A stretch of DNA of 64,000 bases from Bacteroidota bacterium (GTDB taxonomy: Bacteria; Bacteroidota; Bacteroidia; Bacteroidales; VadinHA17): NCBI GenBank assembly GCA_012729475.1, contig JAAYDB010000159.1, forward strand, positions 10,063-74,062, in the 5' to 3' direction. This document shows positions 1 to 10,647 of this stretch, piece after piece (positions within the stretch are counted from its first letter, which is position 1; each line of letters begins with the position of its first letter). Under the pieces are notes generated by a model. The model had not been told where the DNA came from and made no database searches. It saw only the letters and a list, made by a program, of their open reading frames with translations. Made by a program: the position numbers and the translations under genes.

Positions 1-49
1 GAAATAAATAAAAGATATCAGCAGGCCCTGGCTTAGTAGGGGATGATTG

Positions 50-90
50 AAAAAAAAAAGAGGGTGTAGTAACAATAGTAACTACACCCT
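50..90 (-). terminator. Rho-independent terminator of the acyl-CoA ligase gene
   Basis: Perfect 10-bp stem AGGGTGTAGT/ACTACACCCT (61-70/81-90); the A-run at 50-59 is a U-tract on the minus strand, just downstream of the stop at 128. Confidence 0.8.
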
Positions 91-127
91 TTATAATTTT
101 ATTGGAGGTACTGTGTCTTTCAGAAAA

Positions 128-1776
128 TCATGTATACAGAAATCTCTTGATCTTAAATGTGGCTGTTTTCTGGAAGGGGACAGGCTGTAACTCAACTTTA
201 TTAATCTGGCTGAACTTATTTACTTTTGAATTGACATACTCTTTTAATTCTGTAAGTAATTCCTGTTTCTTATCTTCCAGTAAATCAGCCATATCCTGTC
301 TTATGACCTGATATTTCTTCTCAATCTCTTCCATGTTAAGATGCACAAGAGCAACAAGTTTGCCCTTTTGCTGAATGACCAGTGACTCAACCACAAAGCG
401 GAAATTATTTATTACTGATTCTATCTCTTCAGGATAAATATTTTCTCCGCTTGCACCTACAATCATATTTTTGAGCCTGCCTTTAATGAAAAGGTTATTT
501 TCTTTGTCCAGCACTCCCAGGTCACCTGTTTTGAACCATCCGTCTTCAGTGAGTACCTCAGCTGTCAGCTTAGGTTCTTTGTAATATCCTTTCATTATAT
601 TCGGACCGCGTGCCCATATCTCACCTTCACCTGTTTTAGGATCAGGATCGTTTATTTTCAGCTCAATATTTTCAATTGGAGGGCCGGTTGATTCGAAAAC
701 CGTTTCTTTGGGGTTTGCACCTGCAAGAAGAGGTGCTGTTTCAGTAAGTCCGTAACACCTATGGCATAAGGGAAAGATGCTTCACGAAGAAATCTTTCAA
801 CTGCCTTATTAAGTTTTGCACCTCCGATACCAAAGAATTTTACTTCGCCTCCGAAAGTCTTATAAAGCTTTTTCCCTGCAATACTATTCAGTTTTTTTCT
901 GATAATAGGGATATTGTAAAGCAGACGTATTAGTTTTTTCTCAGTGAATGTGGGAAGTATTTTATTGAAATAGATCTTTTCAATTATAAGAGGTACTGTA
1001 AGCATAGTGGTAGGTCTTACAATTTCAAGAGCCGGAATAAGCACAGAAGGAGTAGGAGGCTTTCTCAGATAATAGACACAGGCTCCACACAGCATGGGTA
1101 AAATCAATCCCAGGGTGTTCTCATAAGTATGTGAAAGAGGTAAAACCGAAAGAAACCTGTCTGTTTCGTCGAGATATTGTATTCTTCTTCCTTTCAGAGC
1201 ATTGAAGGAAATATTTTTATGTGTCAGCATCACTCCCTTTGAACGCCCGGTTGTTCCTGAAGTGTAAATAATTGACGCAATATCATCTTCATTTACATTG
1301 TATCTTATTGAGGGTATGGCATCAGGATCAAACTGAAAAGATGTATTATCATTGGTCAGCAGCGAGAAATCTTCAATCATTATGCGATTTTTCAGGAAAT
1401 CGGATTTATAATTCTCTATCTTTCCGAGAAGGCCGGAAGAAACAAAAATCGTTTTGGCTTCGGAATGATCCAGAACATTTGCAACTTCATCAGGCGAAAA
1501 ATCGGGTAAAATCGGGACAACAACAGCTCCCATAAAAGTAATAGCGAAATATGCTATTCCCCAATTCGGCATATTAGTACTAAGTATTGCAACTTTGTTT
1601 CCCGGATGAATATCAATTTTTTCAAGAAAGGCTGTCAATGCATGTATCTTTTTAGCCGTTGTCCGGAAGGATATAGGTTCTTCTCCAACAAAAGCATAAG
1701 CCGGTAAATCACTACATCTTTCAAGAGTGGCTTCAAAAAGAGCAGGGAATGTGAGTATCTGTTTTTTGTCTTCCAT
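128..1776 (-). pseudogene. Long-chain-fatty-acid--CoA ligase (AMP-binding family), split by a frameshift near 755-758 (pseudogene or sequence error)
   Basis: YTSGTTGRSKG motif in ORF 658-1776. Removing 2 nt restores IG-YGLTETAP...GEIWARGPNIMKGYY...WFKTGDLG...GRLKNMIV, which joins ORF 128-595. Confidence 0.85.
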
Positions 1777-1805
1777 TTAATCAGTATAACTTATAGTTGA
1801 AAATA

Positions 1806-1813
1806 CAAAGGTA
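1806..1813 (-). promoter_or_regulatory. Bacteroidetes -7 promoter box (TACCTTTG) for the acyl-CoA ligase
   Basis: Exact TAnnTTTG match about 30 nt upstream of the ATG. Confidence 0.6.
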
Positions 1814-1908
1814 AATATTAATTCAATAACTGATTGTTAAACAATAGTTAATATATTTTGTTCAGATTATTACAAAAGCGGAAATGCATGCTAATCCGTA
1901 ATAATAGT

Positions 1909-1916
1909 TAAATTTG
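1909..1916 (+). promoter_or_regulatory. -7 promoter box (TAAATTTG) for queD-polA-moaD
   Basis: Exact TAnnTTTG match 23 nt upstream of the queD start. Confidence 0.6.
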
Positions 1917-1939
1917 AAAGTAAAAACAATTCAAGGTTC

Positions 1940-2392
1940 ATGAAGCAACTTATTAGAATAACAAGAGAATTTTCATTCGAAATGGCTCATGTCCTGGTAA
2001 ATTATGATGGTCCTTGCAGAAATGTTCACGGACATTCTTATCTTTTGTACGTAACTTTGTCGGGAATTCCGCTTAATGACAGGAATAATCCAAAGAATGG
2101 GATGGTAATGGATTTTACTGATCTGGATAATCTGGTGAAGACGAAAATAACAGATAAGTTTGATCATTCTGTGGTTTTAAGTAAAGATTTTGACAATAAC
2201 AAAAGAGAAATAATTGCAGAGGCATTTGGTAATACGATCATTGTTGATTATCAGCCTACCTGTGAAAATCTTATAGTTGATTTTGCCGGCAGAATAAAGA
2301 AAGAATTGCCTGCCGGTATCCGTCTTCACAGTATGAGGCTTTATGAAACGGCAAAATCTTATGCTGAATGGTTTGCCTCGGATAATGAATAA
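1940..2392 (+). CDS. queD: 6-carboxytetrahydropterin synthase (queuosine pathway)
   Basis: FEMAH, CRNVHGHSY, GMVMDF, PTCEN and LYET motifs of the PTPS/QueD family. Confidence 0.92.
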   Translation: MKQLIRITREFSFEMAHVLVNYDGPCRNVHGHSYLLYVTLSGIPLNDRNNPKNGMVMDFTDLDNLVKTKITDKFDHSVVLSKDFDNNKREIIAEAFGNTIIVDYQPTCENLIVDFAGRIKKELPAGIRLHSMRLYETAKSYAEWFASDNE

Positions 2393-2397
2393 TATCT

Positions 2398-5196
2398 ATG
2401 CCGGAAAATAATAAAAAACTGTTCCTTCTGGATGCTTATGCCTTGATATTCAGGTCATATTATGCATTTATTAAAAATCCAAGAATGACTTCAAAGGGCC
2501 AGAACACCTCAGCAGTCTTTGGATTTCTTCTTACACTTGAAGAGGTTCTCCGTAAACAAAAACCATCACATATTGCAGTGGTCTTTGATTATCCCGGACC
2601 TACATTCCGTCATGAGTTGTTCAACAGTTACAAGGCTAACAGGGATGCGACACCGGAAGATATTAAATATGCTGTTCCTGTTATTAAAAGACTGCTTGAA
2701 GCATATAAAATACCTGTTATTGATTTTCAGGGCTATGAAGCAGATGATATTATAGGAACCATGGCAAAAAAAGCATCGAAGAAAGGTTTTACGACCTACA
2801 TGATGACTCCTGACAAAGATTTTGCCCAGTTGGTTACTGATAATATCTTTATGTATAAGCCTTCCAGAAGCGGGAATGATGCTGTTCAATGGGGTGTTGA
2901 GGATGTAAAAAGAGAATTCTCCATAGAAAAACCTGAGCAGGTAATAGATATTCTTGCTCTTATGGGTGATTCATCTGATAATATCCCGGGAGCTCCGGGT
3001 ATTGGGCCCAAGACAGCAAAAAAACTGATCTCGGAATATGGATCTGTGGAAGAACTATTTAAACATACAGATGAACTTAAAGGAAAATTAAAAGAAATTA
3101 TTGTAAACAATAAAGATCAAATAAAACTGTCAAAGGAACTGGCTACAATAATTGTTGATGTACCCGTTGATTTTGATGAAAAGCAACTTATTAAAGAGAC
3201 ACCTGATATTGAAAAACTGGAGAAACTGTTTGATGAGCTGGAATTTAAAACCATAGCTGAAAAAATTATTGCTGAAAACAGAAAGGAAATTTCCGGCCTC
3301 CGGAAAAACCAGTTATATCTGCCAGATGATTCATACCAGACCTCACTTTTTTCTGAACAGGAAGAAAACTTATCATCTTCATCAAAGAAGACTATTGAAG
3401 ACACAGAACATAAATATTATCTTGTTGATTCAGATGATGAAGTGGCTGATCTGGTGAATAAAATACAAAAACAGAAGGATTTTTGCTTTGATACGGAGAC
3501 TACTTCAATTAATCCTCTTGCCACAGAAATTGTCGGACTGGCGGTTTCATGGGAAAAGGGATCAGGTTATCTGATACTTTTCCCTGGATCACGTGAAGAG
3601 ACTATTAAAAGACTCAATATTATAAGACCTCTTTTTGAAGACCCTGGAATTGGAAAGACAGGTCAGAATTTGAAATTTGATCTTCAGGTACTGGCTAATT
3701 ACGGCATACGAGTAAGAGGAGCATTGTTTGATACCATGATAGCTCATTATCTTCTTGAACCTGATATGCGGCATAACATGAATCTTCTTTCGGAGTTATA
3801 CCTTTCCTACAGCCCTGTACATATCGAAACCCTTATTGGCAAAAAAGGGGAATCACAAAAGAATATGAGGAGTGTGCCGCCGGATAAGCTGAAAGAATAT
3901 TCAGTTGAAGATGCAGATATAACCCTTCAACTTAAAGAAATATTTCAGCCCAGACTGGAAGAGGAGGGATTGACAACCCTGGCCAGTGATATCGAAATGC
4001 CTCTGATACAGGTTCTGGCTGATATGGAGAAAAATGGTGTTATACTGGATACAGGAGCACTGAAGAAAATTACAGCAGGACTGAGAGATGATATCCTTTT
4101 ACTGGAAAAAGAAATATTTGAACTTTCGGGTACAGAATTCAATATTTCTTCACCCAAACAACTTGGCGATATTCTGTTTTTGAAACTGAAACTAGATAAT
4201 AATGCAAGACGTACCAGGACGAAACAGTTTGTAACTAATGAGGAGATACTGCAACGATTGTCACACAAACATCCGATCATTGATAAAGTACTTGAATACC
4301 GGGGACTGAAAAAACTCCTCACCACTTATGTTGAAGCACTCCCTTTATTAATTGATAAAAAAACAGGCAGAATCCATACATCTTTTAATCAGGCTGTCAC
4401 GGCAACAGGCAGACTGAGTTCAAATAATCCTAATTTACAGAATATACCTGTCAGAGACACAAGGGGAAGGGAGATACGCAAAGCTTTTGTCCCTGCAGAA
4501 GGATGTATCTTCTTTTCTGCTGATTATTCCCAGATTGAACTCAGACTAATGGCACATCTAAGCGGAGATAAGAATATGATAAACGATTTTCTTTCCGGAA
4601 GTGATATTCATGCAGCTACTGCTTCAAAGATATTTGGGGTTAATTTAGAGGAAGTAACACGGGAGATGAGAGGCAAGGCTAAAACAGCCAATTTTGGAAT
4701 AATATACGGAATATCTTCTTTTGGCTTATCCGAGCGCCTGACAATCGGCAGGAAAGAAGCAAAAGAACTTATTGAAGGATATTTCGCTTCATATCCTGCT
4801 GTGAAAACATATATGGACGACAGTATCCGTGTAGCAAGGGAAAAAGGGTATGTAACCACTATGTTTGGTCGCAGGAGATATCTTCGTGACATCCATTCCC
4901 GTAACCAGGTAGTGAGAGGGAATGCCGAGAGAAATGCTATTAATGCACCGATACAGGGATCTGCTGCTGACATTATCAAGATAGCCATGGTCAGGATACA
5001 TGAAAGGCTGAAAAAGGAAAAGTTCAGTTCCAAAATGATCTTGCAGGTACATGACGAACTCATCTTTGAGGTTCCTGAAAAAGAGAAGGAAGAGTTGAAA
5101 GAAATGGTTCTGGGGGAAATGTCAAATGCCGCAAAGCTTGAAGTTCCTTTGAAGGTCGACTGGGGAACAGGCAAAAACTGGCTGGAAGCACATTAA
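2398..5196 (+). CDS. polA: DNA polymerase I
   Basis: 5'-3' exonuclease (LLDAYALIFRSY, EADDIIG), 3'-5' exonuclease (FDTETT), polymerase motifs DYSQIELR, KTANFGIIYG, QVHDEL. Confidence 0.99.
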   Translation: MPENNKKLFLLDAYALIFRSYYAFIKNPRMTSKGQNTSAVFGFLLTLEEVLRKQKPSHIAVVFDYPGPTFRHELFNSYKANRDATPEDIKYAVPVIKRLLEAYKIPVIDFQGYEADDIIGTMAKKASKKGFTTYMMTPDKDFAQLVTDNIFMYKPSRSGNDAVQWGVEDVKREFSIEKPEQVIDILALMGDSSDNIPGAPGIGPKTAKKLISEYGSVEELFKHTDELKGKLKEIIVNNKDQIKLSKELATIIVDVPVDFDEKQLIKETPDIEKLEKLFDELEFKTIAEKIIAENRKEISGLRKNQLYLPDDSYQTSLFSEQEENLSSSSKKTIEDTEHKYYLVDSDDEVADLVNKIQKQKDFCFDTETTSINPLATEIVGLAVSWEKGSGYLILFPGSREETIKRLNIIRPLFEDPGIGKTGQNLKFDLQVLANYGIRVRGALFDTMIAHYLLEPDMRHNMNLLSELYLSYSPVHIETLIGKKGESQKNMRSVPPDKLKEYSVEDADITLQLKEIFQPRLEEEGLTTLASDIEMPLIQVLADMEKNGVILDTGALKKITAGLRDDILLLEKEIFELSGTEFNISSPKQLGDILFLKLKLDNNARRTRTKQFVTNEEILQRLSHKHPIIDKVLEYRGLKKLLTTYVEALPLLIDKKTGRIHTSFNQAVTATGRLSSNNPNLQNIPVRDTRGREIRKAFVPAEGCIFFSADYSQIELRLMAHLSGDKNMINDFLSGSDIHAATASKIFGVNLEEVTREMRGKAKTANFGIIYGISSFGLSERLTIGRKEAKELIEGYFASYPAVKTYMDDSIRVAREKGYVTTMFGRRRYLRDIHSRNQVVRGNAERNAINAPIQGSAADIIKIAMVRIHERLKKEKFSSKMILQVHDELIFEVPEKEKEELKEMVLGEMSNAAKLEVPLKVDWGTGKNWLEAH

Positions 5197-5207
5197 AGAT
5201 TTATAGT

Positions 5208-5441
5208 ATGAATATTTATGTGATGTTTTTTGGTGTTCTGGCTGAAGTGGCGAATACAGGATCTAAGCATTACAGAAATATTAAATCTTTCAGTGACCTT
5301 AAATACAGGGTTGAAGATGATTTTCCTGAATTTATTCATTATTATTACAGAATAGCTGTAAATAATGTGATAGTTCACGAAGAGCCTGAGATAAAGGAAG
5401 GTGACAGAGTAATATTTTTACCTCCTTTTGCAGGCGGTTAA
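5208..5441 (+). CDS. MoaD/ThiS family ubiquitin-like sulfur carrier
   Basis: 77 aa with IAVN and a C-terminal FLPPFAGG. Confidence 0.88.
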   Translation: MNIYVMFFGVLAEVANTGSKHYRNIKSFSDLKYRVEDDFPEFIHYYYRIAVNNVIVHEEPEIKEGDRVIFLPPFAGG

Positions 5442-5549
5442 AGATCAGAAAACATAGTGATCTGTCACCGGATAAACCTTTCAACATCTAATGATTATTG
5501 TTACAAAACCAGGGGTTCTGACCTTGAACAGGAACCCTTAAAAGACTTT

Positions 5550-7253
5550 TTACCGCTGTCCGGCAGGATCGGTTGAAGCGGTTATCACTGACCCTTGTGT
5601 CCCGATAAGTAATGAACTGTATCTTTCCGTGTCGTTAAGTACTTTAAGTGCTTCATTAACCTGTTCATCGTTTTTCAGAGACCATTCAACAGATGCTTCC
5701 TCGTAGAAATATCTGCTGATTATTTCCTGTTCGAGCAGTTCAGTGATCTCAGGCTTGAAAATCATCATATCATGATCCAGGTCATGAACAATTTCTGTTT
5801 TTAGTCTGTCGAACAGTTCTTTATGGACATCATAATATTTTTCTCTTTTTGCACTTTCAATAAGTCTTGTTACTGATGTTTCTGTAACAGTGTTATAATT
5901 GAAATTGCGACTGACAAGCATATTTCTGAAGTCATTATAGTCATCATCAGTAAAAACGAAATCAGAAGGACTTTTTATTTCCGGATGGTTCCAGTAATAC
6001 GAAGTGGCAAAATCGAAAATGAAATTTCTGAGATATAATTCTGTTGCTACCTGGCTAAGCGATTCAGGAGTGATTTCTATATCGGGTCTGATACCTCCGC
6101 CGTCTTTTACTGTTCTTCCGTTTTTTGTTTTGAACTCAGAAATGAGAGAATCAGGTATAATACCTACACTTCCGTCTTCATTACGGTTGGAGAAATCAAG
6201 AGCCTGAATACATCTCCCGGAGGGAATATAGTATTTGGCAGTTGTAACTTTGAGCTGGGTATTATAGCTGAGTGGACGTGTTACCTGCACCAGTCCTTTA
6301 CCGTAGGAACGTTGACCTACTATAACAGCCCGGTCAAGATCCTGAAAGGCTCCTGCAACAATTTCCGCTGCTGATGCTGATTGTCTGTTAATAAGTACTG
6401 CCAGGGGTATGTCCTCATCAACAGCAGGCCTGGTTGTTTTAAACTCTTCATCAAACTGTTTAACTTTTCCTTTTGTGGAAACCACATTATTCCCCGGTCC
6501 GACGAAAAGATTTACTATCTCTACTGCTTCGGTCAACAATCCTCCCGGATTAGACCTGAGATCAAGGATGATTTGCGTGGCGTTTCTGTTTTTTAATTCA
6601 TCAAGAGCTTTTTTGACATCCTGACGGGAGCCCGCTGTGAAATTAATATAACGTATATAACCTGTGTTTGAATCAATCATTCCAAAATAAGGGACAGGAG
6701 GGATGGCTATTCTTTCTCTTTTCATGGGATGATCCGATTCGAGGCCATTTCTTTCCACTGTCACTGTAATTTCTGAGCCGGGATTCCCCTTTAACCTGTC
6801 ACTGACATTCTCAGTTGTAAGACCTTTTATTGATACGCCATTTATCTTTTTGATAATATCACCTGCCTTTATGCCTGCCTGATCGGCCGGAAAGCCTTTA
6901 TATACTTCCACGATAACTACATAATCACCATTCTGTCTGACAAGTGAACCTATGCCTCCATATTTTCCGGTTGTCATTAAGGCAAATTCATCTGCTTCTG
7001 ATTCAGGATAAAAAACAGTATAAGGATCAAGACTCTTTAGCATATTATCAATACCTGTCTTTATCACTTTGTCAGGATTGACCTCATCTACATAAAAGAG
7101 ATTCAGTTCACGGAAAAGTGAAAAGAAAATATCCAGGTTTTTTGCAATACGGAAATCGCGACTTTCCTGTGTAATAAAGAAACCGGCACTGATGACTCCG
7201 ATAATTATCAGGCTTACAAAAATTGTTATTTTACGGAAAAATATTTTTCTCAT
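5550..7253 (-). CDS. S41 family carboxyl-terminal processing protease with PDZ domain
   Basis: LDPYT, GGIG PDZ loop, LDLRSNPGG, SASAAE, GQRSYGKG; N-terminal membrane anchor. Confidence 0.93.
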   Translation of the reverse strand: MRKIFFRKITIFVSLIIIGVISAGFFITQESRDFRIAKNLDIFFSLFRELNLFYVDEVNPDKVIKTGIDNMLKSLDPYTVFYPESEADEFALMTTGKYGGIGSLVRQNGDYVVIVEVYKGFPADQAGIKAGDIIKKINGVSIKGLTTENVSDRLKGNPGSEITVTVERNGLESDHPMKRERIAIPPVPYFGMIDSNTGYIRYINFTAGSRQDVKKALDELKNRNATQIILDLRSNPGGLLTEAVEIVNLFVGPGNNVVSTKGKVKQFDEEFKTTRPAVDEDIPLAVLINRQSASAAEIVAGAFQDLDRAVIVGQRSYGKGLVQVTRPLSYNTQLKVTTAKYYIPSGRCIQALDFSNRNEDGSVGIIPDSLISEFKTKNGRTVKDGGGIRPDIEITPESLSQVATELYLRNFIFDFATSYYWNHPEIKSPSDFVFTDDDYNDFRNMLVSRNFNYNTVTETSVTRLIESAKREKYYDVHKELFDRLKTEIVHDLDHDMMIFKPEITELLEQEIISRYFYEEASVEWSLKNDEQVNEALKVLNDTERYSSLLIGTQGSVITASTDPAGQR

Positions 7254-7339
7254 TATAAAATACTGGATTAAGAACGACGAAAATACTAAGAAAATTTCTT
7301 AAGAATACTGGTAAAGAGATTATTTAGACAACTTTAACA

Positions 7340-7744
7340 CTAATTTATTGTTTCACTGATCCTCGAAGAGAGCTTGTTAATAGTTACATCCATTGTTTTT
7401 TCTATTTCCTGATAAGTGGGTATCGATGTATCTCTGAAAATGAATATCAGAGCAATACATACATTGTCTGAGGCCAGAGACTTGTAAAGGATATATTTTT
7501 TTTTTCTGTAAGCTTCTCTCATCCTCCTTTTTATTATATTTCTTGAAACAGCAAGTCTGAAGACTTTTTTGGGAACGCTGAAAGCAACCTGTGCAGGAAA
7601 AGGAATCTTACCGGGATCCAGTTGAAGCCAAAGGATTTTGTAATAGGAATAACTGTAGGTTTTTCCGGATTCAAACAACTCTGTGATTACTTTCCGGCTG
7701 CAAAGCCTTTCAGTCTTTTTGAATGTTTGCCTTTTGATATTCAT
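7340..7744 (-). CDS. rnpA: Ribonuclease P protein component
   Basis: FKKTERL start and SVPKK..AVSRNIIKRRMREAYR motif. Confidence 0.93.
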   Translation of the reverse strand: MNIKRQTFKKTERLCSRKVITELFESGKTYSYSYYKILWLQLDPGKIPFPAQVAFSVPKKVFRLAVSRNIIKRRMREAYRKKKYILYKSLASDNVCIALIFIFRDTSIPTYQEIEKTMDVTINKLSSRISETIN

Positions 7745-7828
7745 TTAAAAATGATTCACCGGAAAAATATTTCTTTATCAAGCTCTCAGGCTGTAAAGAA
7801 AATGGGGTATGTATATGTCAGAAAGACC

Positions 7829-8581
7829 TTATTTAAGATTTCTGTTATACTCCTTGAGGTAATTATCAAGAGCCATAGTCATTGACGGGGCATTAACATT
7901 AGGAGCATTAATATCAACCCGAAGACCCTCTTTCTTAACCGCTGATATAGTTGTTGGACCAAAAGCAGCAATTTTAATATCACCCTGATTAAACTCCGGA
8001 AAATTTTCCTTTAATGACTTTATTCCTGATGGACTGTAAAAGACCAGTATATCATAATCAAAATCTTTTAAATTGGAAAAATCCCGGCTTTTTGTCCTGT
8101 AAAGTATACCAATCGTGTAATTAATATTGTGTTTATCAAGAAGTTCAGAGATTTCACTATTATGTGGCTGCGATAAGGGCACAAAGAAATTATCTTCCTT
8201 GTGTTTGGCAATTACTTCAATAAGATCCTGAAATTTTGCTCTGCCATGAAATATCTTTCTTTTTCTGTACACAATGTATTTCTGAAGGTAGAAAGATACA
8301 TTCTCTGTTATACAGAAATATTTCATACTATCAGGTACACAGATCCTGAGTTCATTACATATTCTGAAAAAATGATCAATTCCCGTTTTGCTGGTAAATA
8401 CTACAGCAGAATAATCAAGTATATTGATTTTTTGCTGACGGAAATCCTTTGACGACACTCCTTCAATCCTGTTAAACGGTTTAAAATCAATTTTCAGATT
8501 GTACTTTTTTGCCAGATCGAAATATGGAGATTTCGGATTGTTTGGTTCTGGCTGCGATACTAAGACCTTCTTTATTTTCAA
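7829..8581 (-). CDS. hemD: Uroporphyrinogen-III synthase family protein (Bacteroidetes type)
   Basis: VLVSQPEP...SPYF, YLQKYIVYRKRKI, FYSPSGI; usual position between DUF4271 and rnpA. TTG start. Confidence 0.85.
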   Translation of the reverse strand: MKIKKVLVSQPEPNNPKSPYFDLAKKYNLKIDFKPFNRIEGVSSKDFRQQKINILDYSAVVFTSKTGIDHFFRICNELRICVPDSMKYFCITENVSFYLQKYIVYRKRKIFHGRAKFQDLIEVIAKHKEDNFFVPLSQPHNSEISELLDKHNINYTIGILYRTKSRDFSNLKDFDYDILVFYSPSGIKSLKENFPEFNQGDIKIAAFGPTTISAVKKEGLRVDINAPNVNAPSMTMALDNYLKEYNRNLK

Positions 8582-8628
8582 CTTTTTTACAGTTTTAGTT
8601 TTACTTTCCGGATCAAATATTCGCTGAC

Positions 8629-9633
8629 CTAAAACAAGCCTGTAAAATATTTAATTAACACCCCGACAGGCAGAAATTCTAGCGCACAAAGGTATAAAAT
8701 CAAATACAAAATTGAAATATTCCTTTTTATAAATATGAAAAAAAGTTTGATGAGCCTTAATAGGTAAAGGATAATAACAATCGCAAACCCGGCGCTTATT
8801 AAGGATCCCGGAGAGAGACTGTTGGTATATAAAAGAAGAATGGTATTAATAAACAAGACCAAAGACAGAATACGGTAAAATGAATAATTGATCATTATAT
8901 ACTCATTGAAAGCATGTCTTTGTCCACTGATATTACCTGCTGCCAGAGAAATAATATGGCGTAATGTGACAATCAATATAAGGACAACCAATATAACAAG
9001 CCACGACAAAATCTCTGAGGCTTGAAATATGGTAATCCCATAATGAATAGCTGCAACATATAAAAACAACGACAGGTTTATGAATGATACCAGATTAAAC
9101 AATGTTGATTGCCACTGAAATAAGCCGGAAGTATCAGGAATTGATTTATCGACTCCCCTGAACAGAACAAAATTTTTTACCTCAATGATCAGTCTTCCTG
9201 AAAGAGAAGCCAGGAGTGCATACATAAAAGCTGAAATAAGGATTACAATGATCATCCAGTCCTGATGAAATGGATTCTCAGGGATATTATCACCATCTCT
9301 CAGATGCTTAAGCAATACTTCTTTGGTCTTCTGTTCCCTTATCCGGTTCTTTTCTATAAAATGGAAAGGGAATTTCCCGGTATAGTCCGGTTCTTTTCCT
9401 GTAAATATGCTGTCAAAAAATTCTGAAGTAACAATTTCTTCTGCTTCAACCTTTTCAGCTTTTATATCTTTCTGTTTTTCAGTTATAACTGCAACGGTAT
9501 CAGAAAAAACCGAAAGAGTATCTTTTACTGCTGTAGTATCAGAATAAATTAAGGGTTTCTGGGCAGATGAATCTGCTTGATGAATAAGAGAATCCTGTAA
9601 AATTGTATCCGGGTCCTGTTCAAAAATGATCAT
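8629..9633 (-). CDS. DUF4271 family membrane protein
   Basis: Multiple transmembrane helices ending YLILYLCALEFLP. Start set at ATG 9633, overlapping the deoC stop. Confidence 0.8.
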   Translation of the reverse strand: MIIFEQDPDTILQDSLIHQADSSAQKPLIYSDTTAVKDTLSVFSDTVAVITEKQKDIKAEKVEAEEIVTSEFFDSIFTGKEPDYTGKFPFHFIEKNRIREQKTKEVLLKHLRDGDNIPENPFHQDWMIIVILISAFMYALLASLSGRLIIEVKNFVLFRGVDKSIPDTSGLFQWQSTLFNLVSFINLSLFLYVAAIHYGITIFQASEILSWLVILVVLILIVTLRHIISLAAGNISGQRHAFNEYIMINYSFYRILSLVLFINTILLLYTNSLSPGSLISAGFAIVIILYLLRLIKLFFIFIKRNISILYLILYLCALEFLPVGVLIKYFTGLF

Positions 9634-10492
9634 GTCGTTCACCAGCAATTTCGGACAGTATATTATTTGCAAGCCGGCTCGAACCAATACGGAAATAATT
9701 ATTATTAAGCCATTCATCACCGAGGCAGTAATTCACTATCTGATAATATGTAAATGCTTCAGCCGCAGTCACAATACCACCGGACGCTTTAAAACCAACT
9801 TTAATTCCTGTCTCGGAATAGAAATCTGATATTGCCTGACACATAATAAAAGCAGCTTCGGGAGTAGCCGAAATATTTGTTTTACCTGTTGATGTTTTTA
9901 TAAAATCAGCCCCCGCATCCATAGCTATTGTGGAAGCTTTGAATATCAATTCACGGCTGACCAGAAGGCCTGATTCAATTATCACTTTAAGTGTGGTGTC
10001 ACCTATGGCTTTTTTTATTTCACGTATCTCTTCAGCTACAAAGGCGTAATCAGTTCCAAGAAATGAACCTACAGGAATAACTGTTTCAATCTCCTCTGCT
10101 CCGTTATCCTTTGCCATTTTACATTCATCAACTTTTATGGTCCTGAATGTTTGTGAGGATGGGAAAGCCCCGGCAACAGAAGAAATCCTGACATTTTTTG
10201 CAGTGAGCTTCTCTTTTACAACAGGAACAAAATTAGGGTATACACATATTGCAGCTACATTGGGGATATTGGAGAAACGGCTTTTAAAACTATTGACAGT
10301 GCCGGTAAGCCTTAAAATCTGGCTTTTGTTATCTGTGGTATTAAGACTTGTAAGATCTATCAGGTTAAGAATTTTCATTAACAAATGCTTGTCCGGACGA
10401 TCCGGAACTGCTGATGCAGTTTTTTTAAGTCCATTTCTGATTTCACTCTCTGTAGGACACGATTTGATGAGTTTCTCATATAGTTTAGTCAT
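9620..10492 (-). CDS. deoC: Deoxyribose-phosphate aldolase
   Basis: IDLTSL, AAICVYP, LKVIIESG, GADFIKTSTGK, GFKASGG, RIGSS. Confidence 0.93.
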   Translation of the reverse strand: MTKLYEKLIKSCPTESEIRNGLKKTASAVPDRPDKHLLMKILNLIDLTSLNTTDNKSQILRLTGTVNSFKSRFSNIPNVAAICVYPNFVPVVKEKLTAKNVRISSVAGAFPSSQTFRTIKVDECKMAKDNGAEEIETVIPVGSFLGTDYAFVAEEIREIKKAIGDTTLKVIIESGLLVSRELIFKASTIAMDAGADFIKTSTGKTNISATPEAAFIMCQAISDFYSETGIKVGFKASGGIVTAAEAFTYYQIVNYCLGDEWLNNNYFRIGSSRLANNILSEIAGERHDHF

Positions 10493-10647
10493 TGCTTCTT
10501 CCGGTTTAAATAATAGTGATAATGTTCAGCCAAAAGCAGGGGGTTAATATAATGTTTTTAGTTTTAATAACAGTTTTTTTCAATATAGTTTATTTCTCTG
10601 TTTCAACTGATAGTAGCCGGTACAATGATTACCCTGAAGATTATCAG

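Noticed and set aside
4608..5174. Long antisense ORFs (also 10670-11176, 49868-50386, 51149-51679, 52072-52710 and others)
   Set aside because: Shadows of well-supported genes on the opposite strand, with no motifs of their own.
10080..10100. DeoC has EIETV where EID(I/V)V is usual
   Set aside because: Conservative Asp-to-Glu change with both catalytic lysines intact; not enough to claim altered function.
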